The notes beneath the pieces were generated by a model. The model ran no database searches, was not told where the DNA came from, and saw only the letters and a program-made list of their open reading frames with translations. Below are positions 49,147 through 60,029 of a stretch of DNA of 64,000 nucleotides, one piece after another. Each line of letters begins with the position of its first letter. Position 1 is the stretch's first letter. This DNA is from an uncultured Nitrososphaerota archaeon (lineage in GTDB: Archaea > Thermoproteota > Nitrososphaeria > Nitrososphaerales > Gagatemarchaeaceae), in contig CAVRAG010000008.1 in assembly GCA_963718895.1 (NCBI GenBank), forward strand, positions 576,001-640,000. The letters run 5' to 3'. The translations under genes and the position numbers were made by a program.

Positions 49147-49614
49147 CTATGGACTCTTGACCATGACCACACCAGACATGGGGTGGTAGGAGCAATAGTA
49201 GGGATATGTTCCGGTCTGCGTGAATGTGAAGGTATAGGTCTGTCCGGGTGATAGATCTCCAGAAGCGAAAGAACCGTTGTTGCTGATTATGTTATGAGCG
49301 ATGAGGTCTTGATTGATCCAAGTCACCGTATTGTTCACTCCAATCATCACAGTGATGGCCTGGGGAAGGAAATTGGTGGCACCGTCGTCGTTCTCGCCGC
49401 CGCCATATGGTATGTACACCTGAACTGCATCAGGAGGAGTGAAGGCGGTCGTGGTGTTTGTGCTGATTGAAACGGAACTTCCGGAGTCCGTGAAAGGGTA
49501 GAGCTGGGTCGGCGCCGACGTGAATGCTGTCGGGTTGACGTAGAGATAAGCCGCCCCCGCGACCATAACCAAGCCGACCGCCGCTGCAACAGCGCCTCGA
49601 GTAACGGCGCGCAT
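49147..49614 (-). CDS. Membrane-anchored cupredoxin, paralogue of 25639-26145
   Basis: VTWINQDLIAHN, YYCSYHPMSG. Confidence 0.85.
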   Translation of the reverse strand: MRAVTRGAVAAAVGLVMVAGAAYLYVNPTAFTSAPTQLYPFTDSGSSVSISTNTTTAFTPPDAVQVYIPYGGGENDDGATNFLPQAITVMIGVNNTVTWINQDLIAHNIISNNGSFASGDLSPGQTYTFTFTQTGTYPYYCSYHPMSGVVMVKSP

Positions 49615-49745
49615 TCTTGAGTGACGCGTAAATCTCGTGAGATTCAGCTTGAGGGTCTCGCTTTTCTGTTTATCTAATCAGGCTGACGTTTGGCCCTGGG
49701 AATGATCTCCCATTCGCGAAACTTCTTTCAGCGTCTGAATAAGTA

Positions 49746-49762
49746 TGCGCCGGGCGGGATTT
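49746..49762 (-). repeat. Degenerate direct repeat of the tRNA-Glu 3' end (putative att site)
   Basis: TGCGCCGGGCGGGATTT matches 53077-53093 TGCCCCGGGCGGGATTT at 16/17. Confidence 0.65.
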
Positions 49763-49789
49763 AGACCGAAAATAGGTACAAACCCACGC

Positions 49790-49896
49790 TGCCCTCTGTC
49801 TACGAGGACGATCGGCTTGTTTGTGCACACGTTGAGGACCTTCCTAAGGAATACGAGGGCGTACACTGGAGGTCGTTCAAGTATCGTGACAAGCAC
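49790..49896 (-). pseudogene. IS6-family transposase remnant
   Basis: ALVFLRKVLNVCTNKPIVLVDRG resembles the archaeal IS6 DDE segment. Confidence 0.5.
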
Positions 49897-50142
49897 GATA
49901 GATCAAACATCTCAATCGCTTATCTTAACGGTATCGGGATAGTTAGAATAAGGAACTAACTAAGGTCATGGCGCAGAGGATGGTCCAGTCATATAGAGCA
50001 TACACGCAAGAACCTCTGGTCCCGGAGGAATTCCATCCCTCGAATACATGAGCATTAGAGACGACTCGGCGTATAGCAAACTTCCATCCTTCGTCGGGTG
50101 AGCGCACTCTCCCAGTTCATACCAACTGCAATGGTATGTTCT

Positions 50143-50400
50143 TCAATTTCCAATTCTAGCCGTGATTGCAGAATGCTGCCCGAACTTGTTTGATGCAAAG
50201 GTCACTCCAATTGCAGCGACGATGGTTGCGATTCCTGCATAGGTCAGTGTGTAGTTAATGGCCGAAGCGCACTCTCCGGTCGCAGGTGAAACACAACTGA
50301 TAGTTGTTATCGGATGAATAGCACCGAATATTAGAAGCATTGCTCCTATGATGGCTAACATCAATGCAACCTCCAGCATGGTCTTTCTAGTGATCGCTCT
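50143..50400 (-). CDS. Small two-TM membrane protein; start uncertain
   Basis: MLEVALMLAIIGAMLLIFG...CVSPATGEC...YAGIATIVAAIG. Confidence 0.45.
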   Translation of the reverse strand, partial: RAITRKTMLEVALMLAIIGAMLLIFGAIHPITTISCVSPATGECASAINYTLTYAGIATIVAAIGVTFASNKFGQHSAITARIGN

Positions 50401-51005
50401 GTGCCGATTTCTTGAAACGTTAATGCTTAAAGACTTTTGTCCGAACGTCAGGGTTATCGTAACAGTATCGCTCACGTAAGTTTCTTCACTGAACAAGTCA
50501 ATTACGGTTTTCTCCGTCTTAGGATTCAGATTAGATAACGGCCCGTCAGCAACAAATGATTCGGAATCTTGAGGGAACCTTGACCTTTGGCCAGCAGGCC
50601 GCCCAAGGGATTCTTCTAGCATCCGGTATTGGCCGCTGGGGTGTATTGGCTCGATGCCCAAGTCATAGTGAAGTCGCCCACTGAATTCAGAGTCCCGTAG
50701 TTCACGTTCGTGACAGAGGTGCCCGAACAAGAGCCGTAGATACCGAGGTAATCATTCTGATTGACCATTGTGTAAGCACCAGTGATGTAGTTGTTGATGT
50801 ATCCAGCCGACCCCCCAGTATAGATATTTGCACCCGTAAAAGGCACCGTTCCGAACTTGTCAAGTGAGTCGCACCCTCCCAGAGGATAGCAAGTACATGT
50901 GGAAGCGCCACGACAATAGACTGGACTCCAAGGCGTGAGCTAGGCCAACACCTAACACGAAAAGGATTCCAAGCGTCAGCTGTATCGAGGGCGCTTGGTT
51001 CAGCC

Positions 51006-51701
51006 GTGAAGAAGTGGGGAACGCTGAGCAAGACTGAGATCGCATCGGGTGAGACCTGCTACGTTCCGTGTGACGGGCCTTACGATACCTTAGATCAATA
51101 CTTCAAGAGACAGTCATCGAACAGATTCACCTTCAAGTTGAGAAAATCCTTCCAAGGCATGAGCAGATACACGCGCACTACTCCTCTGCTGGTCGATGTC
51201 ATCGCTAACGAGTCCTCGACGAACTGCAAGGCCAAAGCGGTGGTTATTCCCCTCGGCGACAGAGAGGTGCAGGCATACTGGCAACCTCGCGACCTGCTCT
51301 CAATTGACCTGAATCAGGGCGAGACGGCAAGGGTGGAACTGGCGCAATTGGCGAACCCGCTGCTGACGGAGATCTCCAACTACGAGAGCGCGCTCAAGAA
51401 GGAAAAAGACGCCACGGTGATTGAGCACGTCAAGATGCGGCTACAGCAAACATATGAGAACGCGGCCAGACAAAACCCCGTCTGCTTCGTCAGGACTCCT
51501 GATGTAGAGGGAGGTAATGCGTGGGGCGTCGATGGCTTGGTCGTCTACATCCTCATTCTCACCGTCTACTCTGCTGGCGGGTTGGGCTGGTTCCCATTCC
51601 TCCTCCTGAGAAAGCACCTGGAAGAGAGCGAGATGGTGCCGATTATCAAGTACGAATCGAAGAGAATCCAATGGACGGGGAAGGACTTCTACACAGAGTA
51701 G
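51006..51701 (+). CDS. Hypothetical protein
   Basis: 231 aa ORF convergent with the integrase. Confidence 0.55.
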   Translation: MKKWGTLSKTEIASGETCYVPCDGPYDTLDQYFKRQSSNRFTFKLRKSFQGMSRYTRTTPLLVDVIANESSTNCKAKAVVIPLGDREVQAYWQPRDLLSIDLNQGETARVELAQLANPLLTEISNYESALKKEKDATVIEHVKMRLQQTYENAARQNPVCFVRTPDVEGGNAWGVDGLVVYILILTVYSAGGLGWFPFLLLRKHLEESEMVPIIKYESKRIQWTGKDFYTE

Positions 51702-51710
51702 CTTTGTCGG

Positions 51711-53024
51711 TCAGAAGGGAATCTTGACTATCGCCTCGTCATTCGGGAGGGACGCGACGTACTCGAAGCCCTGGCCGATGTATGATCTCACTTCTTGAAT
51801 GGGTATGACTTTCTGCCTTGAGCCGTTGCTTGTCATCATACCGACGAGTCGCTTCCTGACAAGGCTCTGAAGCTCCTCGTTCGTCATGTCGTCCAGGTTC
51901 ATGTTCTCTATCTCTTCCTTCTGGAATCCGGCCACAAGCAGGAACTGCTCCTTGAAGGTGCGCTTGATCTTATCCTCGCTGACCGATTCGGACTTTGTCT
52001 GTAGAAGCTCGCCGACCTTCTTATAGGACTCTCTCATGTCTTCCACGACGCTATCGGGCAGCCTGTTCTTGTTTGTCGTGTATTGGGCCTCAATATCACC
52101 CGTATGACCCATCCAGAACTGCTGGTAGGCGTGGCTCACCAGTCCCTTGCTCTCGGAGAGCATTAGAGTGGTGTCAAAGTAGGTGCGGAAGACGTACGGC
52201 CTCCATGGCAGCTGCACCGCCCTCATCGCCTTCCGTACCTCATCACCTATCTTCGTCGTCCTGAGGAAGGGAGAACGGTCAGAGGCGTTCAGCTGCGCGC
52301 TCTTCCTGGCCTGCGCAGGGGTGGTGGCGACTATTCCCGAGTCGGGACTAAGAGATTCGCCTTCTGACATCCTCCTTTCGAGGTACTCCCTGATGATCTC
52401 GCAGCCTTCTTCGCACATGAAGGTTAGATACCGACGCCTGACCTTGCTCAGCTCCTCCCTCACCACAATGACGGTGGGAACCTTAGCAAAACTGACCTTT
52501 CCATCGCTTAGCTCCATCTCTGGGAAATCCTTGACCCGAAGACCATCAAGACCAAGATAGTCGCCGAGAACCTCTAGCCTGACGCCCGAAAAGCCGATCA
52601 GCGATATGGATGCTCTAGCCCTGAGAGAAGTCATATCGCTGTACAGGACGCGCTTCAGTTCGTCTTTCGTTGGCGCCCTTTCATTCTCAAGGGTCGGGCG
52701 TTTGTTTGGATTGGATATCTTGATCTTCCTCTGGAACGGCTTCCTATTCCAGTTTGCCCAGCTTCTCACCACCTTGAGAAGAGAGCCCAGGTAGCCGGGA
52801 GAATATTTTGCTTCGAACTCATCGATGAAGTCCTGCGTCATGTCTTCGATCTTCTCCAACGGTAGCTCTGCGAACTGCTTCGGTGTCATCTTTGCGTATT
52901 CACAGAACCGCCCGAGTGCTCTGAGGTATATTTCGGCGGAGATTACGCTTCCTTTCCTGATGTTGCTGTACCAGCGCTTCAGGTTGGGATCGTCCAGCAG
53001 ATTGGGCCTGGCCCTTCTCGCCAT
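51711..53024 (-). CDS. Tyrosine recombinase / site-specific integrase
   Basis: SGVRLE, YVFR, MGH, catalytic Y in AQYT; adjacent to tRNA. Confidence 0.9.
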   Translation of the reverse strand: MARRARPNLLDDPNLKRWYSNIRKGSVISAEIYLRALGRFCEYAKMTPKQFAELPLEKIEDMTQDFIDEFEAKYSPGYLGSLLKVVRSWANWNRKPFQRKIKISNPNKRPTLENERAPTKDELKRVLYSDMTSLRARASISLIGFSGVRLEVLGDYLGLDGLRVKDFPEMELSDGKVSFAKVPTVIVVREELSKVRRRYLTFMCEEGCEIIREYLERRMSEGESLSPDSGIVATTPAQARKSAQLNASDRSPFLRTTKIGDEVRKAMRAVQLPWRPYVFRTYFDTTLMLSESKGLVSHAYQQFWMGHTGDIEAQYTTNKNRLPDSVVEDMRESYKKVGELLQTKSESVSEDKIKRTFKEQFLLVAGFQKEEIENMNLDDMTNEELQSLVRKRLVGMMTSNGSRQKVIPIQEVRSYIGQGFEYVASLPNDEAIVKIPF

Positions 53025-53076
53025 GGGAGAAGGTCAGTTAGCCCGGGCTAATATAGGTTTATACCTAAAATAGGAG

Positions 53077-53184
53077 TGCCCCGGGCGGGATTTGAACCCG
53101 CGCTCATCGACTCGAAAGGCCGACATACTCTCGACACTTCTCTGTTTGACCGGGCTATACGCAGAGGCTCTGTACTACCGGGGC
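53077..53184 (-). tRNA. tRNA-Glu(TTC) with two non-canonical D-arm introns
   Basis: GCCCCGG/CCGGGGC acceptor, TCGGC-CTTTCGA-GTCGA anticodon arm, GCGGG-TTCAAAT-CCCGC T arm; removing ~15 and ~17 nt restores a 76-nt cloverleaf. Confidence 0.9.
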
Positions 53185-53208
53185 TGAGCACCCCTTCAGG
53201 CTCTTGGA

Positions 53209-53913
53209 TTAGAGCCTTTTGGGAGGGAACTCAAGGAAGCACCACTCTCCGAGCCCTTCGGCTGTCGGGAACCCAGGGGGAGACCCTGTCCTTACTCTGA
53301 TCAGCGACGATCTAGGTAGGTAGCAGCTCCTTGGAGACGAACTGGAGACCGTTCGCAGCATAGAGGCGAACTCGCCAGCTGGTACGGACGAGCGGTAGTA
53401 CTGCATCCCACCAACCAGGAGAACCGAGCAGCCCTCGGTTGGGTAGTCTGTGACGCACTCTACGTTCTGGTCCGAGTCGAGGAGGGCCTCCGAGACGGCC
53501 GCCTTCTCGTCCGGGGTCAGTCCGGACAGACCGCTCCGCCTGAGCTCAGTCCAGATCCGGAGGCCCTCCATCCTGGGGAAGAGCTGGAGCTCGAACCCGT
53601 CATTCAGCTTCTTCGCCGTGAAGTAGGGATTCCCTTCGACCGGTTCACGCGGGATGCTGAGCAGGCTCGGCATGGCCGGGGCGAGAGCATCGAGCAGCTC
53701 GCCGCTCGACCAAGCGAGGCCTGACCTGAGAATCGTCATCCTGCGGAAGCGGTCCTCCGCATTGAGAGTGTACCCGTCGTTCTTGACGCGAAAGCCCTTG
53801 GTCGCCAGACGCTTCTCAAGGGCCTGTAGCTGTCGCGAGGTGAGTTTGGGAAGAGGAAGGTAGTATCGTTCCAGGCCCTCCAAGTAGATCTGGTGTACTT
53901 CGTACCGGGGCAA
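53209..53913 (-). CDS. Hypothetical protein
   Basis: 234 aa ORF with host-like codon usage. Confidence 0.65.
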   Translation of the reverse strand: MPRYEVHQIYLEGLERYYLPLPKLTSRQLQALEKRLATKGFRVKNDGYTLNAEDRFRRMTILRSGLAWSSGELLDALAPAMPSLLSIPREPVEGNPYFTAKKLNDGFELQLFPRMEGLRIWTELRRSGLSGLTPDEKAAVSEALLDSDQNVECVTDYPTEGCSVLLVGGMQYYRSSVPAGEFASMLRTVSSSSPRSCYLPRSSLIRVRTGSPPGFPTAEGLGEWCFLEFPPKRL

Positions 53914-54047
53914 CGGCGTCCCAGTCTCATCCCCGAGTTAAGAACGGCACCGTCCATCATCGTCGGGCGAAGGGTGGGCAACAAACAGGTCGTTCACGAA
54001 TTGTTAAATAACAACTGAGGAGGGTAGGGACGAAAAGGTTTCAATTT

Positions 54048-54905
54048 TTGGTTGAGAGGGACCCGGCGTTCTTAGATGAGATTACGCTCAAGACGAAGGA
54101 TTATCTCGATCGTTCCAGCATCGCCATCGACAGGGAGCTGGAGCGTTACTCGAGTTCCCGGTTCTTCGGGCCTCTGAAGTACGCGCTCGAGGGGGGCAAG
54201 AGGATAAGGCCTGTCATCGCGCTCCTCTCTGCCGAATCCGTCGGCTCGAAGGACGACAGCGTGCTGGACGCCGCGGTTGCCGTGGAGCTTCTCCACGCAG
54301 AGTCGATCATCCACGACGACATAATAGACCAGGAGGTCGCTAGGAGGGGGAAGGCCGCCTTCCACGTGAGATACGGCTACAGCGCCTCGCTCCTCACGGC
54401 GGATTTCGTCTTCGCCATGATCCTCGCCATCTCGTCGAGATACCCCGACAGGAGGGTCGCGCACACTCTGAGCAAGGCCGCTCTGCAGATGTGCGAGGGC
54501 GAGTACATGGAGCTGACGATAGACCCGATAACGTACAAGCTAGGTTGGGACGAGTACATCGACATAATCTACAACAAGACCGGAGCGCTCTTCCAGACCG
54601 CGACGAAGCTGGGCGCAATAATCGGCGGTGGGACCAACGAACAGATCGAGGCCCTCTCCGGGTACGGAAAGTACCTGGGCATCGCCTACCAGGTCCACGA
54701 CGACCTGCTGGACTGGGGGGCAAAGGACAAGGTCACGCTCGCGCTCAAGCAGGGGAATGAGGAGAGCTCGATACTGACAGAACTGAGGTCACTTACCAGG
54801 AGCTACTCGAAGAAGGCCAAGGAGCAGCTTTCTCTTCTTCCCGACGGCAAGGCGCGGGGACTCCTCTGGGAGCTGACGGATTTCTCGGTCCAGCGAGACT
54901 TTTAG
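54048..54905 (+). CDS. Polyprenyl diphosphate synthase
   Basis: GGKRIRP, HDDIID..RRG, KT, AYQVHDD. Confidence 0.9.
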   Translation: MVERDPAFLDEITLKTKDYLDRSSIAIDRELERYSSSRFFGPLKYALEGGKRIRPVIALLSAESVGSKDDSVLDAAVAVELLHAESIIHDDIIDQEVARRGKAAFHVRYGYSASLLTADFVFAMILAISSRYPDRRVAHTLSKAALQMCEGEYMELTIDPITYKLGWDEYIDIIYNKTGALFQTATKLGAIIGGGTNEQIEALSGYGKYLGIAYQVHDDLLDWGAKDKVTLALKQGNEESSILTELRSLTRSYSKKAKEQLSLLPDGKARGLLWELTDFSVQRDF

Positions 54906-54906
54906 G

Positions 54907-56382
54907 TCAGTGAGGGACAATCGAGGGCACGGCGCCCTGCGAGAATCCGATCCCGACCTGTGGAAAGACACCCAGGCCGATCATCAGCGCGACCAGGACC
55001 GCAAAGACCGCGACGTACAGGATGGGTTCGTTGATCCTTTCGGCGCTGGCAGGCTCGTCCATGTACATTCTCTTCACAATCCACACGTAGTACCCCAGGC
55101 TGAAGGCGCTGTTCAGCAGACCCGCGACCGCCAGCCAGGCGTAGGGACCGTTTACGACCGAGAGGAAGAGAAGGAGCTTGCTCCAGAACCCGTTCAGGGG
55201 AGGGACGCCCGCCAGGGCGAGCATGGAGACAGCGACAGTGAACGCCGTGACGGGGGCTCGCTTCGCAAGTCCTTCGAAGGCGGAGACATCTGCACGGCTG
55301 AGCGAGGTGAGCACGAGCGCCACGGCCACGAACGCCGCAGTGGCCATGATTGAGTGGTTGATGATCTGGAACAGGGCCCCCGCCATCCCGAGGGTGCCCT
55401 CCTTCGCGAAAGAAGGGTTCTGCTGCGCGTAGGAGAAGATGACGAACCCTATCAGGATGTACCCGGCCTGGGCTATGCTGGAGTAGGCCAACAGCCGGGT
55501 CATGGACTTCTGAGTCAGCGCGGCCATGTTGCCGAGTGTCATGGTCAAGAGGGCCAGCACCGCGAGGACATTCGCCACCGTAAAGACCGGATTCTGAGTG
55601 ACGACGTACACCGTCGATACCGCGAGCACGACCCGGATCGCGGCGGAGAACCCGGCCTTCTTGGTCGCCGCTGCCAGCAGCGTAGTGACAGTGATCGGAG
55701 CGCCCTCGTACGTGTCCGGCACCCACATGTGGAAGGGCACAATCGACATCTTGAAGCCGAAGCCTACGATGAACAGGAGGACTGCGACCAGGGTTATCGG
55801 ATTGGAGGTCTGAGTAGCCATTGCGCCGACGACCGTGACGATCCGGGTGCTTCCGGCCAGACCGTAGCTCAGGCTGATGGCGTACAGGATTATCGCCGAG
55901 GAGAGGGCGCCTATGATGGCGTATTTTGCGGAGGCCTCGTTGGACTCCTCCCGCTGTTTGTCGAAACCCGCCAGCGCGTAGGTCGGCAGGCTCATGAGCT
56001 CCCAGGCGACGAAGAGCATCAGGAGGTCGGCTGAATAGGAGAGGAAGAGCATGCCGAGAGCGGAGAAGGAGAGGAGCGAGAAGTAGAGAGGCCCGTTCGT
56101 CCTGTCGGCAATCGTTGGAACGGAGACCAGCGCTACCGCGAGGGTCACCGAGAGGGTAACCAAGGCGAAGAGGCCCCCAAGGCTGTCGGAGCTGAGAAGG
56201 TTGCCGAAATCGCCCGCGGGCTGGGGAGAGAGCGTGTTCAGCGCGACGAACAGCAGCGCCAGGGAGAGAGCAAGCACCAGGAGGTATCCGGGTAGCCTCC
56301 TCCGCGTCCCGGAGAGCTGGAAGAACGGGAGGCCGAGGGAGGAAGCCGCGAGCGAGACTGCGGCGAGGAGTATCAGGTCCAT
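54907..56382 (-). CDS. nuoN: Complex I subunit N
   Basis: FVAWELMS, FKMSIVPFHMWVPDTYEGAP, LLAYSSIAQAGY. Confidence 0.95.
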   Translation of the reverse strand: MDLILLAAVSLAASSLGLPFFQLSGTRRRLPGYLLVLALSLALLFVALNTLSPQPAGDFGNLLSSDSLGGLFALVTLSVTLAVALVSVPTIADRTNGPLYFSLLSFSALGMLFLSYSADLLMLFVAWELMSLPTYALAGFDKQREESNEASAKYAIIGALSSAIILYAISLSYGLAGSTRIVTVVGAMATQTSNPITLVAVLLFIVGFGFKMSIVPFHMWVPDTYEGAPITVTTLLAAATKKAGFSAAIRVVLAVSTVYVVTQNPVFTVANVLAVLALLTMTLGNMAALTQKSMTRLLAYSSIAQAGYILIGFVIFSYAQQNPSFAKEGTLGMAGALFQIINHSIMATAAFVAVALVLTSLSRADVSAFEGLAKRAPVTAFTVAVSMLALAGVPPLNGFWSKLLLFLSVVNGPYAWLAVAGLLNSAFSLGYYVWIVKRMYMDEPASAERINEPILYVAVFAVLVALMIGLGVFPQVGIGFSQGAVPSIVPH

Positions 56383-56385
56383 CTA

Positions 56386-57876
56386 CTACGCACCCTCCAC
56401 CAGATGGACGACCCACTGCGCGACGGGAGCCGCGGGAGCAAGGATCAGGGAGGAGAAGACGAGCAGCACCAGGAGGGGGACGAAGCACAACGCGAAGGCC
56501 GCCGCGTCAGACCATTCGATGTCCCTGATCTTCGCCCCGGGCTCCGAGGGGGAGAGGACGACGCGTTTGATCATCCAGAGCAGGTAGCCTCCAGTCAGGA
56601 CCGGCGCAATCACCACGAAGGCGGTATAGGAGTTCGCGGCGATGCCGCCTGCGACGACGAAGAGTTCGGCGAGGAAGCTCGAGAAGGGTGGAAGCGCCAT
56701 GGCGGCCGCGCTCGCGATGACCAGGAGTCCGGCTGTGCGGGGCATGACGTCGCGCAGGCCCTTCAGGTTCGCAAGCTGCGTCGTGCCTGCCTGCTGTCCC
56801 ACGTAGCCCGCGATCATGAAGAGCGAGCCCGCCGTGAAGGCGTGGACGAACATCTGGAACACGGCCCCTTCCATCCCGAGCAGGTTGCCGGTCGCCACCG
56901 TCGCGAACGCCCCGAAGACGACGAAGCCCATGTGATTCAGGCTCGTGAAGGCGAACATGCGCTTGAGCTCATTGGCCCTCAGAGCGACCAGGGCGCCGTA
57001 GAGCATCGTGGCTATCCCGACCAGCATGAACCCCCAGGCCCACTGGTGCGCGGCCTGAGGGAAGAGCCCGATGCTGATACGGATCAGGCCGTACCCGCCC
57101 AGCGCGGACTGGATCCCAGCCAGGAGCGTCGTGACCGGCGAGGGAGCTTGGACGTATGCGTCCTGAAGCCACCCGTGAAACGGGACGACCGGGAGCTTGA
57201 CTCCGAAGCCGATGAAGGAGGCTAGAAGGGGGAGGTACTGCAGGTCTTGGGGAACCCTGCCCGCCAGCTGGGGGATATCGAACGACGACGAGAAGGGACT
57301 TGCGTCGAGGTAGGCCGAGAAGAAGGCGAGCAGCATCATAGTGCTTCCGGCGAAGATGAAGATCATGAACTTCATGGCGGCGTAGGCCCTCTTGTCGCCA
57401 CCCCAGATTCCGATGAGGAAGAACATCGGAATCGTCACGAGGTCCCAGAAGACATAGAAGAGGACGAGGTTGAGGGAAGTGAAGACGCCGATTATCGCCG
57501 CCTCAAAGAGGAGAATGAGCGCGAGGTAGGACGGGAGCTTTTCGTTGACAAGCTTCCTGGATCCGAGAACGACGAAGAGGGTGAGGATCGCAGCCGCCAG
57601 GATGAGCGGAGAGCTGAGGCCGTCGACACCAAGGAAGATATCGATGCTGAAGCTGGTCGTGCTGACCCACTGAAGCCTCTCCTGGAACGCGTACTGGCCC
57701 GCCAGCGGCACCTTCGCGCTCACGGACCAGAACGTGTAGACAGCGACCGAGAGGACGACCAGAGCGATCAGCAGGGTCGTCGCCACGCCAGCCCTCCGGT
57801 TGCTCCTGGTCAGGAGATAGGCGAGGGGCGACCCGGCCATTGGAATGAAGACCAGGAGCGCCAGGATCGGGATCAT
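56386..57876 (-). CDS. nuoM: Complex I subunit M, second copy
   Basis: GVDGLS, FYVFWD, IGIWGG, KLPVVPFHGWL. Confidence 0.9.
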   Translation of the reverse strand: MIPILALLVFIPMAGSPLAYLLTRSNRRAGVATTLLIALVVLSVAVYTFWSVSAKVPLAGQYAFQERLQWVSTTSFSIDIFLGVDGLSSPLILAAAILTLFVVLGSRKLVNEKLPSYLALILLFEAAIIGVFTSLNLVLFYVFWDLVTIPMFFLIGIWGGDKRAYAAMKFMIFIFAGSTMMLLAFFSAYLDASPFSSSFDIPQLAGRVPQDLQYLPLLASFIGFGVKLPVVPFHGWLQDAYVQAPSPVTTLLAGIQSALGGYGLIRISIGLFPQAAHQWAWGFMLVGIATMLYGALVALRANELKRMFAFTSLNHMGFVVFGAFATVATGNLLGMEGAVFQMFVHAFTAGSLFMIAGYVGQQAGTTQLANLKGLRDVMPRTAGLLVIASAAAMALPPFSSFLAELFVVAGGIAANSYTAFVVIAPVLTGGYLLWMIKRVVLSPSEPGAKIRDIEWSDAAAFALCFVPLLVLLVFSSLILAPAAPVAQWVVHLVEGA

Positions 57877-60027
57877 ATTCCTGTTTGCAACCCCGTCAGG
57901 ACGATCAGGAGCAAGAGAAGCGCCACCAGCCCGAGCGCGAGCACGAGCGCGTAGGATTCGACGACCCCGGTCTGCATCTTCCGGAAGACTCGTGAGAGGT
58001 ACTGGCCCCCGTCGGAGAAGCGGTTGGTCACCACGTCGATGACGTGCCTGTCGAACCAGACTCCCGCCCCTGATAGGTCGAGTCCCAGCGCCTCGCCCCC
58101 TGTGTTCACCTTCTGGAGGACTCCCTGCTCAAAGTGGACCGCCAACCAGTTCGACGCGTCCAGGGGCACGTCCACGAACACTCTGTAGTATACCGCGTTG
58201 ATGTACCACCGTTTCTCAAGGAACCCTCGGACGCCCCTCATCGACACAGAGCTCTCCACGATCTCAAGGGCCGAGGAGCGGCGCAGGACGTAGATCCAGG
58301 TCGCGGCCAGCGCGCCGACGGCCACGACCGCCAGGGTCAGCAGCCCCGGAAGTACCTCGAACGAAGGGGCGGGGCTCGTCAGACCAGCCGTGAATCCCTG
58401 CGTGAAGAGCGACCCGAGGTAGGTGTCGGCGGCAGAGGCGAGCGACCCCTCCAGCCCGAAGAACGCCAGGAGCCCCAGTGCCACTGTCCCCGAAGCCAGG
58501 AGGAGATAGGGCGCAAGGCTCAGCGCACCCGGCTCCTGAATCCCGCGGCCCTCCCTGTCCGATCCGGCGAGGTGCGCGCTCCGCTGGCCGAAGAAGACTA
58601 TTCCGAGCAGGCGGAACGCGTAGAAGGCCGTGATGCCCGCTGTGAGCGACCCCACAATGAAGAGCCCCGTCTGGCCGGAGTTCCATGCCAGGGCCAAGAC
58701 AGCATCCTTGCTCCAGAAGCCGCTCAGCGGAGGTATGCCGGAGAGGGACGCGACCGCGATCAGGAATACGCGCGAAGGTAAGCTTCAGCCTATCCTTCAT
58801 GCCGCCCATGTCGCTGATGTACTTGGAGTGGGCTGAGTGGATGAGCACCCCTGCCATGAGGAAGAGCGCAGCCTTGAAGACGGCGTGGCTGATCAGCTGG
58901 AAGAGGCCTGCCGAAAGGCCCTGGGCGAAGTACCCTGCGTAGAGCCCGGCGAGGCCCAGCGCCATCATCATGTAACCGATCTGCGAGACGGTCGAGTAGG
59001 CGAGGATCTTCTTGAGCTCGTGGCCGACGAGGGCCTGAGTCGCGGCCAGGAACGCCGTGAATGCTCCTATCCAGGCGACTGCCACGAAAAACGGCTGGAT
59101 CAGCGAGGGGTTAGAGGCCACCACGAAGTAGAAGATGGGGCCAATCCTCGCCACGAGGACCACGCCGGCATTCACCATCGTGGCCGCGTGGATGAGTGCC
59201 GAGACGGGGGCGGGGCCGGCCATGGCGTCCGGGAGCCACTCCTGGAGCGGGAACTGCGCAGACTTGCCGATGGCCCCTCCGAGTATCAGGAGAGCGGCCG
59301 GGACCAATAGGCCGTTCTTCGAGAGGGCGACGGCCCAGCTTGACGACGACGCGAGCTGGTGGTAGTTGAACGTCCCGGCGTAGACGAAGAGGATGAGGAT
59401 CCCGGCGAGCATGGCGATGTCCCCGATGCGCGTCATGAAGAACGCCTTCATGCCCGCGTGCGATGGCGGGTAGGCCTGCTCCTCGCCGAGTGCCTTGGAC
59501 CCGGGAGTCCCTACCCAGTTCTCTATTTCGTCCCTGTAGTAGTAGCCGATTAGCGCGTAGCTGCACAGGCCGACGCCCTCCCATCCGATGAAGAGGGAGA
59601 GCAGGTTGTCGGAGAGGACGATGAGCTGCATGCTGCCGATGAAGAAGTTCATGAAAAACCAGTACCTCGAGAGTCCGCTGTCGCCCTTCATGTAGTCCAG
59701 GCTGTAGACCATCACCAGGAAGCTGATCCACGCGACGAGGTTGGCGATGACCAGCGTGTACGGGTCTGATAGGACGCCGACGTTGATCCCCAGCTCTGGA
59801 ACCCATGGCAGCGAGGTAGGGATGAGCGAGTTGTATACTGAAAGCGTCTGCCCCTCGATGACGGGCACGAGAAGGGAGAGCGCGAAGAGGGCGGAGACGA
59901 GCGAGAATCCGACGGCGACGTAGTCCCTCAGCCTCGACCTCCCCGTCAGGGGGGTCAGGAGGGCGCCCAGGAAGGGGGCGACGAAGACCATCCAGATGAA
60001 GTAAGAGGGTACGCTCGCGACAGGCAT
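57873..60027 (-). CDS. nuoL: Complex I subunit L (+1 frameshift at ~58770)
   Basis: GWEGVGLCSY, KSAQFPLQEWLPDAMAGPAPVSALIHAATMV, SHAVFKA; C-terminal RKMQTG in the shifted frame. Confidence 0.9.
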
Positions 60028-60029
60028 CG

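Larger units (their letters stand above)
49746..53093 (-). mobile_element. Small integrated element or remnant at tRNA-Glu
   Basis: Integrase directly downstream of tRNA, distal att-like repeat, AT-richer orphan cargo. Confidence 0.6.

Noticed and set aside
50616-51045. Secreted-protein-like fragments inside the integrated element
   Set aside because: Broken across frames and too short to assign; treated as decayed cargo.
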